DNA of 63,716 nt, counting the filler, from Octopus bimaculoides (Eukaryota): NCBI RefSeq assembly GCF_001194135.2. It is 8 parts of 7 records of this genome, joined end to end, with 100 filler letters (N's around TTAATTAATTAA, not from the genome) between each part and the next. Parts side by side here need not be neighbours in the genome. Positions count along the whole stretch, not along the records: positions 32,713 to 41,253 come from NC_069004.1; positions 41,354 to 49,265 come from NC_068981.1; positions 49,366 to 57,460 come from NC_068992.1; 5 more parts are not named here. One strand, given 5' to 3'. The number at the start of each line of letters is the position of its first letter. The first letter of the stretch is position 1. Positions 39,225 through 52,966 of the stretch are shown here, piece after piece. The notes under the pieces are model-generated. The model made no database searches. It was not told where the DNA came from and saw only the letters and a list, made by a program, of their open reading frames with translations. The translations under genes were made by a program, and so were the position numbers.

Positions 39225-39385
39225 GTCATGCTGGGGCATCACCTTGAAGGATTTAGTCAAAAAAATCAACCCTAGTATTTATTTTTAAGCCTTGTACTTA
39301 TTCTATTGGTCTCATTTACCAAAACCACCAAATTATGTGGAGGTAACCAAACCAACACTGGTTGTTAGTTGTGGGAGTGGGGTAC
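39225..39385 (-). mobile_element. Decayed SINE family A 3' fragment
   Basis: ggtcatgctggggcatcacc..tacttattctattggtctc. Confidence 0.6.
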
Positions 39386-39409
39386 ACAAATACATAATAC
39401 ATATATACG

Positions 39410-39660
39410 ATTCCTCATCATCATTGTCATCATAATTCTCATTTAATGTCTGTCTTCGATGCTGGCATGGGTTGGACAGTTTGACGGAAGCTGGCCAGCC
39501 AAAGTCCAGTGTCTGCTTTGGCATGATTTCTATGGCTAGAAGCCTTTCCTAACACCAACCACTTCATGTAAAATGCACCCAGTACACTTCATAGAGTGTA
39601 CTGGGTGCTTCTTATGTGACACCAGCATTGGTGCTTTTTACCAACACCAGTGAGGTCAGC
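39410..39660 (-). mobile_element. Older RTE-type 3' end
   Basis: (CAT)n tail then gctggcatgggttggacagtttgac..ttcctaacaccaaccac. Confidence 0.75.
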
Positions 39661-39764
39661 AGGTCACTTAGACAAAAACCTCTCAACTGGGAGAGGGAGT
39701 GTGCAAGGCGAGAGGTTATAATACACACACACACACACTCACACACACACACACACACACATGA

Positions 39765-39907
39765 CAGGTTTCAGGACAGTTTCTTATTTATTGCCCACAA
39801 GGGGCTAAACATAGAGGGGACAAACAAGGACAGACAAAGGGATTAAGTCGATTACATCGACCCCAGTGCGTAACTGGTATTAATTTATCGACCCCGAAAG
39901 AATGAAA
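39765..39907 (-). mobile_element. SINE family C 3' part (cut by gap)
   Basis: gtcgattacatcgaccccagtgcgtaactggtattaatttatcgaccccgaaagaatgaaa. Confidence 0.8.
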
Positions 39908-40393
39908 NNNNNNNNNNNNNNNNNNNNNNNNNNNNNNNNNNNNNNNNNNNNNNNNNNNNNNNNNNNNNNNNNNNNNNNNNNNNNNNNNNNNNNNNNNNNN
40001 NNNNNNNNNNNNNNNNNNNNNNNNNNNNNNNNNNNNNNNNNNNNNNNNNNNNNNNNNNNNNNNNNNNNNNNNNNNNNNNNNNNNNNNNNNNNNNNNNNNN
40101 NNNNNNNNNNNNNNNNNNNNNNNNNNNNNNNNNNNNNNNNNNNNNNNNNNNNNNNNNNNNNNNNNNNNNNNNNNNNNNNNNNNNNNNNNNNNNNNNNNNN
40201 NNNNNNNNNNNNNNNNNNNNNNNNNNNNNNNNNNNNNNNNNNNNNNNNNNNNNNNNNNNNNNNNNNNNNNNNNNNNNNNNNNNNNNNNNNNNNNNNNNNN
40301 NNNNNNNNNNNNNNNNNNNNNNNNNNNNNNNNNNNNNNNNNNNNNNNNNNNNNNNNNNNNNNNNNNNNNNNNNNNNNNNNNNNNNNNNNNNNN

Positions 40394-40444
<51 letters not shown>

Positions 40445-40730
40445 GAAACAAGTGATTCGCACAAAATACTGAGGCTTATTGTCAAAGCATGTGTTATTGT
40501 TTTACACCTACATAGGGCTGTCCACACCATTGAAACCATTGAGTTGCTGGAACACTCTGCATACAGTTCACATCTTGACCCTTCCGGTTATCACCTATTT
40601 GGACCACTTGAACGTCCTTTATAAGTTTGTTGATTTGCTACAGACAAAGATGCTGAGGAAGCAGTGTACAAATGACCGTAGGCCAGCTGTAAACCTGCTT
40701 CTCCAATGGAATAAGGACATCTAAAAGCAA
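40445..40730 (+). mobile_element. mariner (DD34D-type) transposase C-terminal relic
   Basis: LLEHSAYSSHLDPSGYHLFGPLE matches the HPPYSPDLAPSDYHLFGPLK motif; then FATDKDAEEAV. Confidence 0.8.
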
Positions 40731-40937
40731 GGAAAGATGATGTAATTGATCAGCCCTGTTTCTGTTTTAATATATTACTGAAGCAAGAGTGCATGTAACT
40801 CTGTGTGTGTGTATAAGGAAATGAGTTGACAAAGGAATAATTGATTATCTTATGAACTTCATTAGCTTACAGCTCATAGTTGAGTGCCTGAGTAACACTT
40901 TACAGTTTCATCAGACCCTCAAGCATATATATATATA

Positions 40938-41233
40938 TTGTTGTTGTTTATGTTGGCACTCCGTCGCTTACGACGTTGAGGGTTCCAGTCGATCCGATCA
41001 ACGGAACAGCCTGCTCGTGAAATTAACATGCAAGTGGCTGAGCACTCCACAGACACGTGTACCCTTAACGTAGCTCTTGGGGATATTCAGCGTGACACAG
41101 TGTGACAAGGCTGACCCTTTGAATTACAGGCACAACAGAAACAGGAAGTAAGAGTGAGAGAAAGTTGTGGTGAAAGAGTACAGCAGGGTTCGCCACCATC
41201 TCCTACCGGAGCCTCGTGGAGCTTTAGGTCTTT
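40938..41233 (-). mobile_element. SINE family B (5' end cut by gap)
   Basis: Reverse complement closely matches 16760-17060. Confidence 0.9.
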
Positions 41234-42770
41234 TCGCTCAATAAACATTCACANNNNNNNNNNNNNNNNNNNNNNNNNNNNNNNNNNNNNNNNNNNNTTA
41301 ATTAATTAANNNNNNNNNNNNNNNNNNNNNNNNNNNNNNNNNNNNNNNNNNNNACAGCGAGATCTAATGGATATAAATTAATCTAATAAAATCACGTAAC
41401 ATATTCACCTATAATTGTTCGATTTTACAAACAAAATAAAAATTACAAAACATATATAAATACATAATGCTGCATTTTAAATACCTTCTACGGAAAATCA
41501 CCAGGGTGTACAAAGGTCAATAAGGATTGCATTAGAATACGTTTAGATTACTCAGAATATATTGACATGTTTATTTTCCTAATGTAATCCTTACATCAAT
41601 TTAAATATATTGCCATCTTCAGTTACACAAATAAATAAATAGAATTTTAACCTGGCGGACACATTAATATATTTTTCTCAAATATTTCAAACGAGCAAGA
41701 AGATGGAAGAAATTCATGTTGTCACTATTATAGCTAAGAATACACTACACTTCCGAGAATCGCAGGAAGCCTATTGGGGTCATAGTGTTGCAAAGGATTG
41801 TAAATCGTTTCTAATTCATTTATCTCTTTATCTACTACTAAATTTAAGACTAGAAAATGTGTCTGTTTTTTTTTGTTCTTTTTTTTTTGTAAAGACAAGA
41901 GTGAGACAGCTGATGGCTGGGCATGGTCATAAATATTGTCATATGTATCCCTTTTCCTCAAGGAGGAAAGAAGAGAAGACATTAGTAGTAGTCAATTGGA
42001 TATAAAGTAACTGTCTATAAAAAGAGGTTGGGTAAGGGAAGACTTGGAGTCATGATGTTAATTACCAGTTAAAAGGGGCAAGACGCTAAGAAACCTATAT
42101 ATATATATATATATATNNNNNNNNNNNNNNNNNNNNNNNNNNNNNNNNNNNNNNNNNNNNNNNNNNNNNNNNNNNNNNNNNNNNNNNNNNNNNNNNNNNN
42201 NNNNNNNNNNNNNNNNNNNNNNNNNNNNNNNNNNNNNNNNNNNNNNNNNNNNNNNNNNNNNNNNNNNNNNNNNNNNNNNNNNNNNNNNNNNNNNNNNNNN
42301 NNNNNNNNNNNNNNNNNNNNNTATATAAAATTAATTAATGAGGGTAGAAATTGAAACTAATCAATTAGAACCAGTGGTCTAGGATATTAAAAAAAAACAC
42401 TTAGCGCGCCAGATTGAAGACATTTGAAATGATACAGTGAATGTAATATGCAGAACACTACACGTGCTCCTTTATAGATGGACGTCTTGTGCCTAGTTCT
42501 GGAGATTATATCTCATATCGACAGACTTACGCTGACTATCCTGCAGATATTTACTTATGTAAATTTTAACATGTGAAACCATGGTACGTAGGTTAATCGT
42601 TTTTTTAATTTAGTATTTTTTTTCATTTGTCTTGCCCGTTTACAGTCTGTTGTGTCGCTGAATTTTTTACTGAGAACATATTTCTTTCGTGGTTTGATGA
42701 TTTGGCATCTATTTCTAGCGTATAGGAATCCACATTTGCTGGTCATTCCTCTTATTTTTGCATGTAATAT

Positions 42771-42809
<39 letters not shown>

Positions 42810-43309
42810 TATTTGTAGCTACATTCATATACACATATTCATATATACTGATCGACCACGAGTGAGAAATTGATACAGTGAGGGCGAGACTGTGAGTCAG
42901 TGCGAGAGTGAAAGAGAGATCGGGGTTGGGGGTTAAACCGAAAGATATGTTACATTCAGATTTTATAAAATGTATTTTGGATATTACTATCATCTTATAG
43001 CAAGTGTCTCTTTATAGAAATTCTTGTTTCACTAACTTTAATTATTTCGGTTTCTAAATAGAATAGCTTGGATAATAATAAAATATTTCTCTCCATAAGG
43101 TTGCGCAATTTCCGTTTATCTGTTGTAAATGAAGGTAAATATATCTTGTGTTGCGTAAGGAATGCCTTTTTCTTGTATTCGGAGTTACTAACGGTATTGA
43201 GCATAAATTGTTCAAATGTGTGGTGCTGTACATTGTAGTGTGGGCATACATTCACGTAAACTTATCTTTCGAAGGAAAATTCCTAAGTGAATTAACGATG
43301 TACTGCGAC

Positions 43310-43740
43310 TCTAATCATCCCACCATCACCACCACAGCCACCAATACCACATTCATTACCAGTACCACCACCACAAACACCATCACTGCTACCACCACCT
43401 ACACAGAACAACACCAGAACCTCACCACTACCACCACCACCACCTACCCAAATCAAAACCACATACACAACCACTACGACTACCCCACCACTACCACCAA
43501 CCCCACCATCTACCCAAAGCAACACCACATCCTCAACCACTACGACAACCACACCACTACGACCACCCCACCACCACCACACACACACACACCACCACTA
43601 CCACCACCACCACCTACCCAAATCAAAACCACATACACAACCACTACGACTACCCCACCACTACCACCAACCCCACNNNNNNNNNNNNNNNNACCACCAC
43701 CACCACCACCACCACCACCAGTATCACAACTACCACCACT
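43310..43740. repeat. ACC-rich minisatellite-like region with an 84-bp perfect direct repeat
   Basis: 43423-43506 is identical to 43593-43676. Confidence 0.85.
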
Positions 43741-45040
43741 TCCACGAGGACCATCTCCACCAATATAAAAGTGTCTTTGTTTTCAGAAAGCTTTCTGAAA
43801 TGTTACTCATTGAAACACATCTCAGTGTAGTGCATATTCAGTCCTGCCAATGAAATAAGTAGCATGATCCTATGAAACTATGTTGGTTTGCATCGGCAGT
43901 GCCTATAGGCAAATAAGAAAAAAAAAACAATAAATTAATTTACCGTGAGGCAGGCAACCATTCTACAATTTTGGGCCATTACCTCTCGTAGATTGCCTAT
44001 TTCATTACGTCATTCTCATCCTTTTCCCCACCGTAAAGCAATTTATTCTACTTGGAAACCGTTAATACATATTTAGTCAAATATTTAAAATATGCATCGA
44101 ATTAGAGGTAAGAGGTAACATCCAGAATAACTTACTATTACAATTTTGAAATTCTTTTGTGATAATCTGGAAAATATTTTCGGGCAATATCATCTGCGGT
44201 TTGTGCAAAGTTATTATTGACTATTAATTCCTTCTATGCTAAAATATCAAGTTTTTCTACAGACATCGAATAACCAAAATAAATATATGAAAGCCAAAAT
44301 AACTTCGTCACCAAGAATGTGAAAGTAATCAGCCAGAATATTGATAACATTTCTTTTGAAACATAATTTTTTCCAAATCTTTTCTTTAAAAAATATATTT
44401 TTACTTGAAATGATATGATGATCGATATCATACATTTTTTCGCCTATTCTTCTGAGCTATAATTTCGGTGGAGTAACATATGATATAAACGAATAGAATT
44501 TCGAGTGACAAAGTCTCTTTATGAAAAATCTCTATTTTCAAGGTCTGTATTTTTTTTAATTTACCATAGTGGACTACCTGTTACAGTGAAATCGATATAT
44601 TTGTCCACGTCATGTACATATAGAAGAATGAAGTGTTGATTTGCTTGTGTATATATCAAATCATCATATATATGTATAGAAATGTATTTGCACTTATGTA
44701 TATATACTGTTACACACCAAACTACAAATATTGAGGAACGCATATGCTTATACAGATATGTATTCACACAATTTTGATAACTACACGTAAGCATTTATAA
44801 ATAATCTCATTTATAAAGCACTCATATTTATGAAGATAGTCATTCGCATGTAGCTATGCATCAATACATACATTTCGACACTTCTCCAAACAGAAACACG
44901 TCTGGCATTGGACTTTAATATGAATTTAATGAGAATAATACAGTAAGAAACACATTTTGAACATGTATAATACTTAATTCTTCTCTATGATGTCTTGTAT
45001 GTATATGTATATATTGTATGTGGAAACAATTTTCTCTCTC

Positions 45041-45115
<75 letters not shown>

Positions 45116-45132
45116 GCATATATATATATCTA

Positions 45133-45180
<48 letters not shown>

Positions 45181-45213
45181 NNNNNNNNNNNNNNNNNNNN
45201 NNNNNNNNNNNNN

Positions 45214-45256
<43 letters not shown>

Positions 45257-46302
45257 GCATGCATATGTATGTATTTATGTGTGTATGTATGTATGTATGA
45301 ATTGCTTGAACCTTCTGTTTTTACTTTTTTCGTTTTCTTAACAAAAAATACCTGCACAGTAATTTGGAATCTATTGTTCGCAATTGCATTCTGGGTAACT
45401 ATTAATTACGTAGATGTAGATCTGTCTCAATACCTTCAAACTATAGATTTTTAGAGAGATGTAACAGATCATGTACGATAGCCATATTATACAACAAAAC
45501 CGACCGCCTCCTCACTGCTACATATATTAGGCACTGATTTCCTGTATTGTTGGATACACACGAATGTCAATAAAACGCAAGACTAATTGAACCATTGTTG
45601 CATATTGACAATCCAGTCAGTCACAATTCATACGCATACACACTTACAAAAACATGTACGTAACCTATAGAGTACCTATATAAACAGGGCTAATTAAGCT
45701 GTTTCTCAGTAGACTGGAAAAAATATTTGTTTCTGAAAGTATACGCATATTCATACGTAAATATATGCGTATGTGTGTGCTTGTCTGTTTGTGTGAGTGC
45801 ATGTGTGCGTGCGTGTGCGTGCGTGTGCGTGCGTGCATGTGCGTGTGTCTGAGAGGAGAGAGGTGGAGGAAACGAAAGTGCGGGCTAGTTTCTACATAGT
45901 TCGGTTTATGTTCTTAAGATCGCCGTTTCGATTCCGGAGATGAGATGGATTTTTGTGGCTTTGAGCATCACACTTTATGTTACATATCCGCAGGTGCCTA
46001 ATTAAGTATTTCAAAATATGAAACATAGATTATAAGTTATAACAGTGTGTACTAAGTACACTATATCCCCATAAACGGAATGATATCACTATCAATTATA
46101 TTTAAATGAAACATTGGAAATCTTCATAATATTGGACGGCGTTTATGGCGGCAACAAAGTGTAGATTAATAAATTTTCTTACAGAAAGATCAGGCTACTC
46201 AGATACTTTGAGGAAGCCAAAAATTACACGACACTAATGAATAACTCACCCTTTCTGCATATATGTATATCTATCTTTCTATCTACCTATCTATATGTCT
46301 AC

Positions 46303-46354
<52 letters not shown>

Positions 46355-46476
46355 TTATCTATTTATCTATCTATCTAGTTATATATACCTATCTAGTTNN
46401 NNNNNNNNNNNNNNNNNNNNNNNNNNNNNNNNNNTATACATATATATTATAGAATAAGAACAGAAAATTATAGCAG

Positions 46477-46658
46477 AAAATTATCACAGAAGATATAACA
46501 TTATATAACATTACATTGATAGATAGATATAAAAATATATAAAGTATGATTATTTATTTACAAAGTCTAAAAGTTTTAAATAATCCTACTTTATATATTT
46601 ATACATCTATCTATAAATACAATATTATTTTGGCCGTATATCTTCTGTGATGATTTTT
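46477..46658. repeat. AT-rich fold-back (MITE-like) palindrome
   Basis: Inner arms 46519-46556 and 46577-46614 (35/38 match); outer arms 46477-46497 and 46637-46658. Confidence 0.8.
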
Positions 46659-46960
46659 GATGCACTTTTCCTGCTCTTATTTTATAAAATAATATATAAT
46701 CGGTCTTATTAAATGGCTAAATACCTTTAATGTTTTAGACATTTCCCTACCAAGAGCACTTATTAGAAATTCAGTATATTATATTCTCATTGAACCTAGC
46801 ATCATAGCATCATAATTTTGAAATATCTACAAGACCGTCAAAAGCTTGTTTATTTTGTTTTTTTATTTTATTTATTATTACTGTTGCTTAATATCTTTTC
46901 GTAAAATGCTCTTTATTTTCAGACATCATTAAAAAAGGGCAATTAAAATTCATTAAAATC

Positions 46961-47242
46961 ACAGATTTATCGGACTTTGAAAGAGGTCAAATTGTTGGTG
47001 TTCGTAGGGCAGGCGCTAGCATAACGAAAGCAGCCAAAATGCTTGGTATATCGAGAAGTACTGTCTCGAAAGTAATGACACCCTTTGAGAAAGAGAGGAA
47101 AACCTCCTCGTCGAAACAAAACTCCGGAAGAGAACCAAAACTTGCAGATAGGGACTGTCGGACACTTACGAGAATCGTTAGAAAGTATAACAAAAGTAGA
47201 GCTCCCAAAATTACTCCAGAACTGTATTCTGACCATCACTAA
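46961..47242 (+). mobile_element. Tc1-like transposase N-terminal DNA-binding fragment
   Basis: TDLSDFERGQIVGVRRAGASITKAAKMLGISRSTVSKVM..SGREPKLADRDCRTLTRIV. Confidence 0.88.
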
Positions 47243-48825
47243 GTTACCTAAATTGATTGGCGTGTGGTTAAGGCGTCACGGTTTGTTGAACATTTCAAGA
47301 GACCCGTAATTTGATCCTGGCAAAAACAGTAAATATTTGACTATTTTTAGAAATGTTGTAAAGCATTCTTAAATATTTTAAAGTTTTAATTATCATCATC
47401 ACCATTATCATCACATGCATAATTGTTGTTGGTGGTGGTGGTAGTTGTCATAGTGGTAGATGTATCTGTGGTAATCCCTAAATAAGATTATTTTCGCTTA
47501 TTTTTGTCTTCACTTAGCTAGTAGGTTCCTGCTATCGTTATCATGAGAATATTTAGTATTATTTTTCTAAGTGGCAGTGGTTGTAGCAGTAGAGATACTA
47601 CCTTTAAGTGTGGGCACACACACACACACACAGAAGAATTACTTACACACATACACACGCGCGCGCACACGCACACACATCATCACTTATGCTTTTTCAA
47701 ATTGTTTTTTCGATGTACAGCTGCATTTTATATTGTCTTCAGTTGATAAATCGGTGAAATTATATTTATAAAAGCTATTTTGAAATATTGTATGTTCCAA
47801 GAATTTATTTATAACAGAAGTTAATAATGCTTTGCTTGTGTTGCTCGTGAAGTGTTCCTGTGTTCCTACTGCATCTCTCTAGTTATTAGACATTCAATGT
47901 TAAATTGGACACCTGATATTTTTGTTATCTTGAGAACAGAGACATTTTCCGATTTTTTCCTGCCTGAAAGGATTGTTATAAATATCATATAGTGCCACTG
48001 TTAAAAACAGTGCATATTATTACACACAACAAATTTCCCTCTTCCCGTTCTCAATTTGCTATGATTTTTGATTTACTAATGAATGACTTATACATATTTT
48101 CCGGGCAGTAGTTCGAACCTGGAGCTATTTATCGTCGGATAGAACTTTTGAACACTCAACTAAGCTGATTTAATTATTCTGAACATCTTGCATGATATCA
48201 ATTTGAGGGAAACATCTAGTATAAATATTAATTGAATCCGATCGATAACAGCAACAGCTAATGTGTATTTATCTGCAGTATTGTCGCATTAGATAATTTT
48301 TTCATTACTTTGTTCGTATTAGAAAACAACGATGTACTTTGGTTTTGTTGTCTTTACTCTTGCGTGATAATTAGATGAAGCATTCTGGATTGACACGTGT
48401 TGTCAAATCTGCAACAAACCTCATCGTACCGTCTTAAAAGAAGAACGACTAACAATGTAATGATATTTTAAGCACAGGTGAGTGTGTTTAAATGGCTGTG
48501 AGATGATCTGTCACTCTTTGTCGCCAATTCATTATAAAAATGATAATATTAAGTGACACATCTACCTGTCCTATTTCCCATTCTATTTTCTAATTTATTA
48601 CTTTCATCAGAACTTACTTGTATTTCTCTAATCATATCGGGTGCACCATCGCTAAAACTCAGTCTCATCATTCAAACTTTCATCACAAATTTAATATGGA
48701 ACACTGTCCATCATAATTATCATTATGCACCTTATTCCTAACACTTCAAACCTTAAAGTAATTTGTCTTTCTTCCCTTCAACGGAAGAGAAAGTTACACA
48801 AATCACGTGGCAGTCACGTGGCAGT

Positions 48826-49223
48826 CACGTGGCTTTATCTAGTGTTATATTGCTACTTTTAACTAATTTTCCTCTTTTCAGGGTTGCTTTAGCACATTTT
48901 TCTAATCCGAATTTCATATCTATTTCCTTGGTAAACCCGTGTACTGTCTGTAGTAGTGTTACTAGCTCTTTGTCTATTTTTGCATATAATTTTAGGTCAT
49001 CCATATATAGAAGGTGGCTGACTGTTTTTCCGTAGCATTTGTAACCGCATCCAGTTCTATTTAGCAATTATGTTAAAGGTGTGAGTGCCAGGCCAAACAG
49101 GAGTGGAGAGAGCGTGTCTCCCTGGAATATTCCTCTTCTAATGGGGATGGCTTTCGTTTTCACAAGTCCCTCTTTTGTTTGGAGCTGTAGCACTGTCTGC
49201 CATTTGTTCATTGAGTGCTCTAT

Positions 49224-49224
<1 letters not shown>
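48826..49224 (-). mobile_element. R4/Dong-type non-LTR retrotransposon RT fragment
   Basis: IRRGIFQGDTLSPLLF..GYK..VSHLLYMDDLKLYA..MKFGLEKCAK; 5' junction abuts (TAA)n. Confidence 0.88.
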
Positions 49225-49265
<41 letters not shown>

Positions 49266-49365
49266 NNNNNNNNNNNNNNNNNNNNNNNNNNNNNNNNNNN
49301 NNNNNNNNNTTAATTAATTAANNNNNNNNNNNNNNNNNNNNNNNNNNNNNNNNNNNNNNNNNNNN

Positions 49366-49617
49366 AACCCTGCCGTACTCTTCCACCACAACTTTCTCGC
49401 ACTCTTACTTCCTGTTTCTGTTGTGCCTGTAATTCAAAGGGGCAGCCTTGTCACAGTGTGTCACGCTGAATGTCCCCGAGAACTACGTTAAGGGTACACA
49501 TGTCTGTGGAGTGCTCAGCCACTTGCACGTTAATTTCACGAGCAGGATGTTCCGTTGATCGGATCAACTGGAACCCTCGACGTCGTAAGCGATGGAGTGC
49601 CAACAACAACAACAACA

Positions 49618-49620
<3 letters not shown>
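49366..49620 (+). mobile_element. SINE family B 3' two-thirds
   Basis: Matches 16813-17060 and has an (AAC)n tail. Confidence 0.9.
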
Positions 49621-49672
<52 letters not shown>

Positions 49673-50274
49673 TTACTATCGATCTACCACTAATACTATA
49701 TACGCAATGTACTGAACATCAGGAATTCATGCTACATTTGTCACATTCGTTAAAGACCTGTGTTGATGATGATGAGCAGCTCCATGTTACTATTCCTATT
49801 AAATAGCAAACGACATGATTTAATTTGTTTTAGAAATCCTATTCTGTCGTCTTTTTTCTTTTCTCGTGAACTTTTACTGGATCTGCTTATAAATTAATGA
49901 TATTTATGTCGTTGTACAATTCAACCTGTCTTTTTTGTCTATCTTCTCTAAGATTTACAATTAATACCACCTACTCGTATCTGCATGGATAAACATATAA
50001 GTATTTGCAAATGGCATTACAATAGTCAAACAAGAAAAAACACTATATGCAGTTGAGACACACAAAGTTTAGTTATGACACATGAGGCTCCAAATGCATG
50101 CAATAAACGAAATATCATGACTTAACAATAAACATAATAATAGGATTATATCAGTTAAAGAGAAAGGGAGGATATTGTCCCTTGTTTCCTAGGAAACTCA
50201 CAAGTTGTGATAATTATAAAATTATCTCCCTACTGACACGAATAATATGCAAGTGAATAGAAACTTTTCAGTAA

Positions 50275-50307
<33 letters not shown>

Positions 50308-51136
50308 NNNNNNNNNNNNNNNNNNNNNNNNNNNNNNNNNNNNNNNNNNNNNNNNNNNNNNNNNNNNNNNNNNNNNNNNNNNNNNNNNNNNNNNNNNNNN
50401 NNNNNNNNNNNNNNNNNNNNNNNNNNNNNNNNNNNNNNNNNNNNNNNNNNNNNNNNNNNNNNNNNNNNNNNNNNNNNNNNNNNNNNNNNNNNNNNNNNNN
50501 NNNNNNNNNNNNNNNNNNNNNNNNNNNNNNNNNNNNNNNNNNNNNNNNNNNNNNNNNNNNNNNNNNNNNNNNNNNNNNNNNNNNNNNNNNNNNNNNNNNN
50601 NNNNNNNNNNNNNNNNNNNNNNNNNNNNNNNNNNNNNNNNNNNNNNNNNNNNNNNNNNNNNNNNNNNNNNNNNNNNNNNNNNNNNNNNNNNNNNNNNNNN
50701 NNNNNNNNNNNNNNNNNNNNNNNNNNNNNNNNNNNNNNNNNNNNNNNNNNNNNNNNNNNNNNNNNNNNNNNNNNNNNNNNNNNNNNNNNNNNNNNNNNNN
50801 NNNNNNNNNNNNNNNNNNNNNNNNNNNNNNNNNNNNNNNNNNNNNNNNNNNNNNNNNNNNNNNNNNNNNNNNNNNNNNNNNNNNNNNNNNNNNNNNNNNN
50901 NNNNNNNNNNNNNNNNNNNNNNNNNNNNNNNNNNNNNNNNNNNNNNNNNNNNNNNNNNNNNNNNNNNNNNNNNNNNNNNNNNNNNNNNNNNNNNNNNNNN
51001 NNNNNNNNNNNNNNNNNNNNNNNNNNNNNNNNNNNNNNNNNNNNNNNNNNNNNNNNNNNNNNNNNNNNNNNNNNNNNNNNNNNNNNNNNNNNNNNNNNNN
51101 NNNNNNNNNNNNNNNNNNNNNNNNNNNNNNNNNNNN

Positions 51137-51180
<44 letters not shown>

Positions 51181-52966
51181 TTGCTCGAAAAATGGGGAAA
51201 CGAATAGCTCCATATAACCTTACATCACGTATAAAATATATTGAAATATGAAATGGCGCCTCTAATTAATATAGCTAATTATTATGAGAACCAACATTGT
51301 CGGGACATCAAACCAGAATCGTAGTCATTGATACAGTTCTGAAACTAATGACGTTAACGTGAGAATATTTACTCTTTTTAAATCTTTTAGGAATCGCTGA
51401 TGTTACAATTTTTTTTACAAAATCTAAATTCTCAGTATTTGGTCTCCTTTGTTGCAAATACATCAATTTTACTCGTACATAATACCCACAGTAACTTGCT
51501 GGATAAGAGTGAGAACACCCGTATAAAACAGAAACAAAAACAACAACTATAATATTAACAAAAGTATTTGATAATGCGGTGTATGTGCCTTTCAAATCAT
51601 ATTCAATAATAATTATTACAAAGCAACAAAACGAAATGGAAAAAAAAAAGAAGGAAACTATTGAAGGTCAATTTCGTCACTAATATTTGTAAAATTCCTG
51701 TCCATAATCATATATATTTGTGCATTACAAATGTTCGCAGTGGTCGACGATTTGATAGCACTTGTAAACAAAATATCAAGGCATGTTCATATCAGCACCT
51801 GGAGATTCCGTAATGCCACACAAATACGACAAATAATACAAATTAAATGTTAACATTCAGCTCATCACAAATAATAGGAGTTTGACTCTCATGCATAAAA
51901 CGTAGGATCGTGCAAATATCTACATTAGAAGGGGAAAAAACGCATAATAGGGTATTCGACGGAAGTAATGGCAATCTAAACAGAAATATCATAATTGATT
52001 ATCATGTCACGAATATAAAATACAATGACATAACTATACGTAAGAGAAGTATGCTTTTATACTACATGCATAATTTCCAGCGACATCCTACCCAAGTAAA
52101 TTAACTACGTTTAGATCTTGAAGCATTTAAACATAACGTTCCAACGCAAGAAGCCAACAGTACAAATATTCTTATAAATAATTCCAAAATTATTACGTAC
52201 TAGCTTAAAAACTGCACTCTGTGCAAGCTTTTAGACTAGGCTAATTGGGCCTGCGGCTAAATAGGATGACAGTCATTCGTCTATAATGACTAAATGCCCG
52301 GGTGGAGTTTGATCAGAGGTTAAGGGAGGGTGAGAATTAATTCTGTAATGCAATCATTCAATCGTTCCAATCTGAATTTGAATTTCAGCTATTGGGAACT
52401 TTGTTCCTAATTTCTTATCTCGACGCAAACTTAACGAAGCGAATTCCATTTATGAGCCAATTTTTACCAGCAAGAAATAGCAACCCAAATGCTTTTAAAT
52501 AATATTCCAATGTTGGATGTTCAAGAACCAAATGAAGGACAGGTTTTCAATTCAGGAATCACCTTGATTGCAAAATGTTATAACATGTCTATGTAGACCA
52601 AATATAGATTGAGATTCCGGGGTCTCAGACAGGCAGGATTTTATGTTTATTATTATAAATAATAATATAACAAATACAACAAACAATACAGAAAAGCATA
52701 TGTGGAAACAAAAAGAAAAATATCAACAAGCAAGATATATTTTCCGTGACAAAATGAATTCAGTAGTTTCATCCCCAGTTTGAACGGGCATCAAACATAT
52801 TCGGACTGATAATAACATTGCAATTACTCTTATCATGGCTTAGCGCTCTCGCTCCGTAATTTCCCTACGGTGAGTCGCCGTATAATACTACCAGTCATCG
52901 TATGTTGACTGGAAAAGTATAAGAGAGATCATCTCTTAATTCAGCTCGTAGCATCGTCTGCATGTT

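Noticed and set aside
43148-43768. Thr/Pro-rich mucin-like 206-aa ORF
   Set aside because: It is explained by ACC-rich simple repeats and spans a gap
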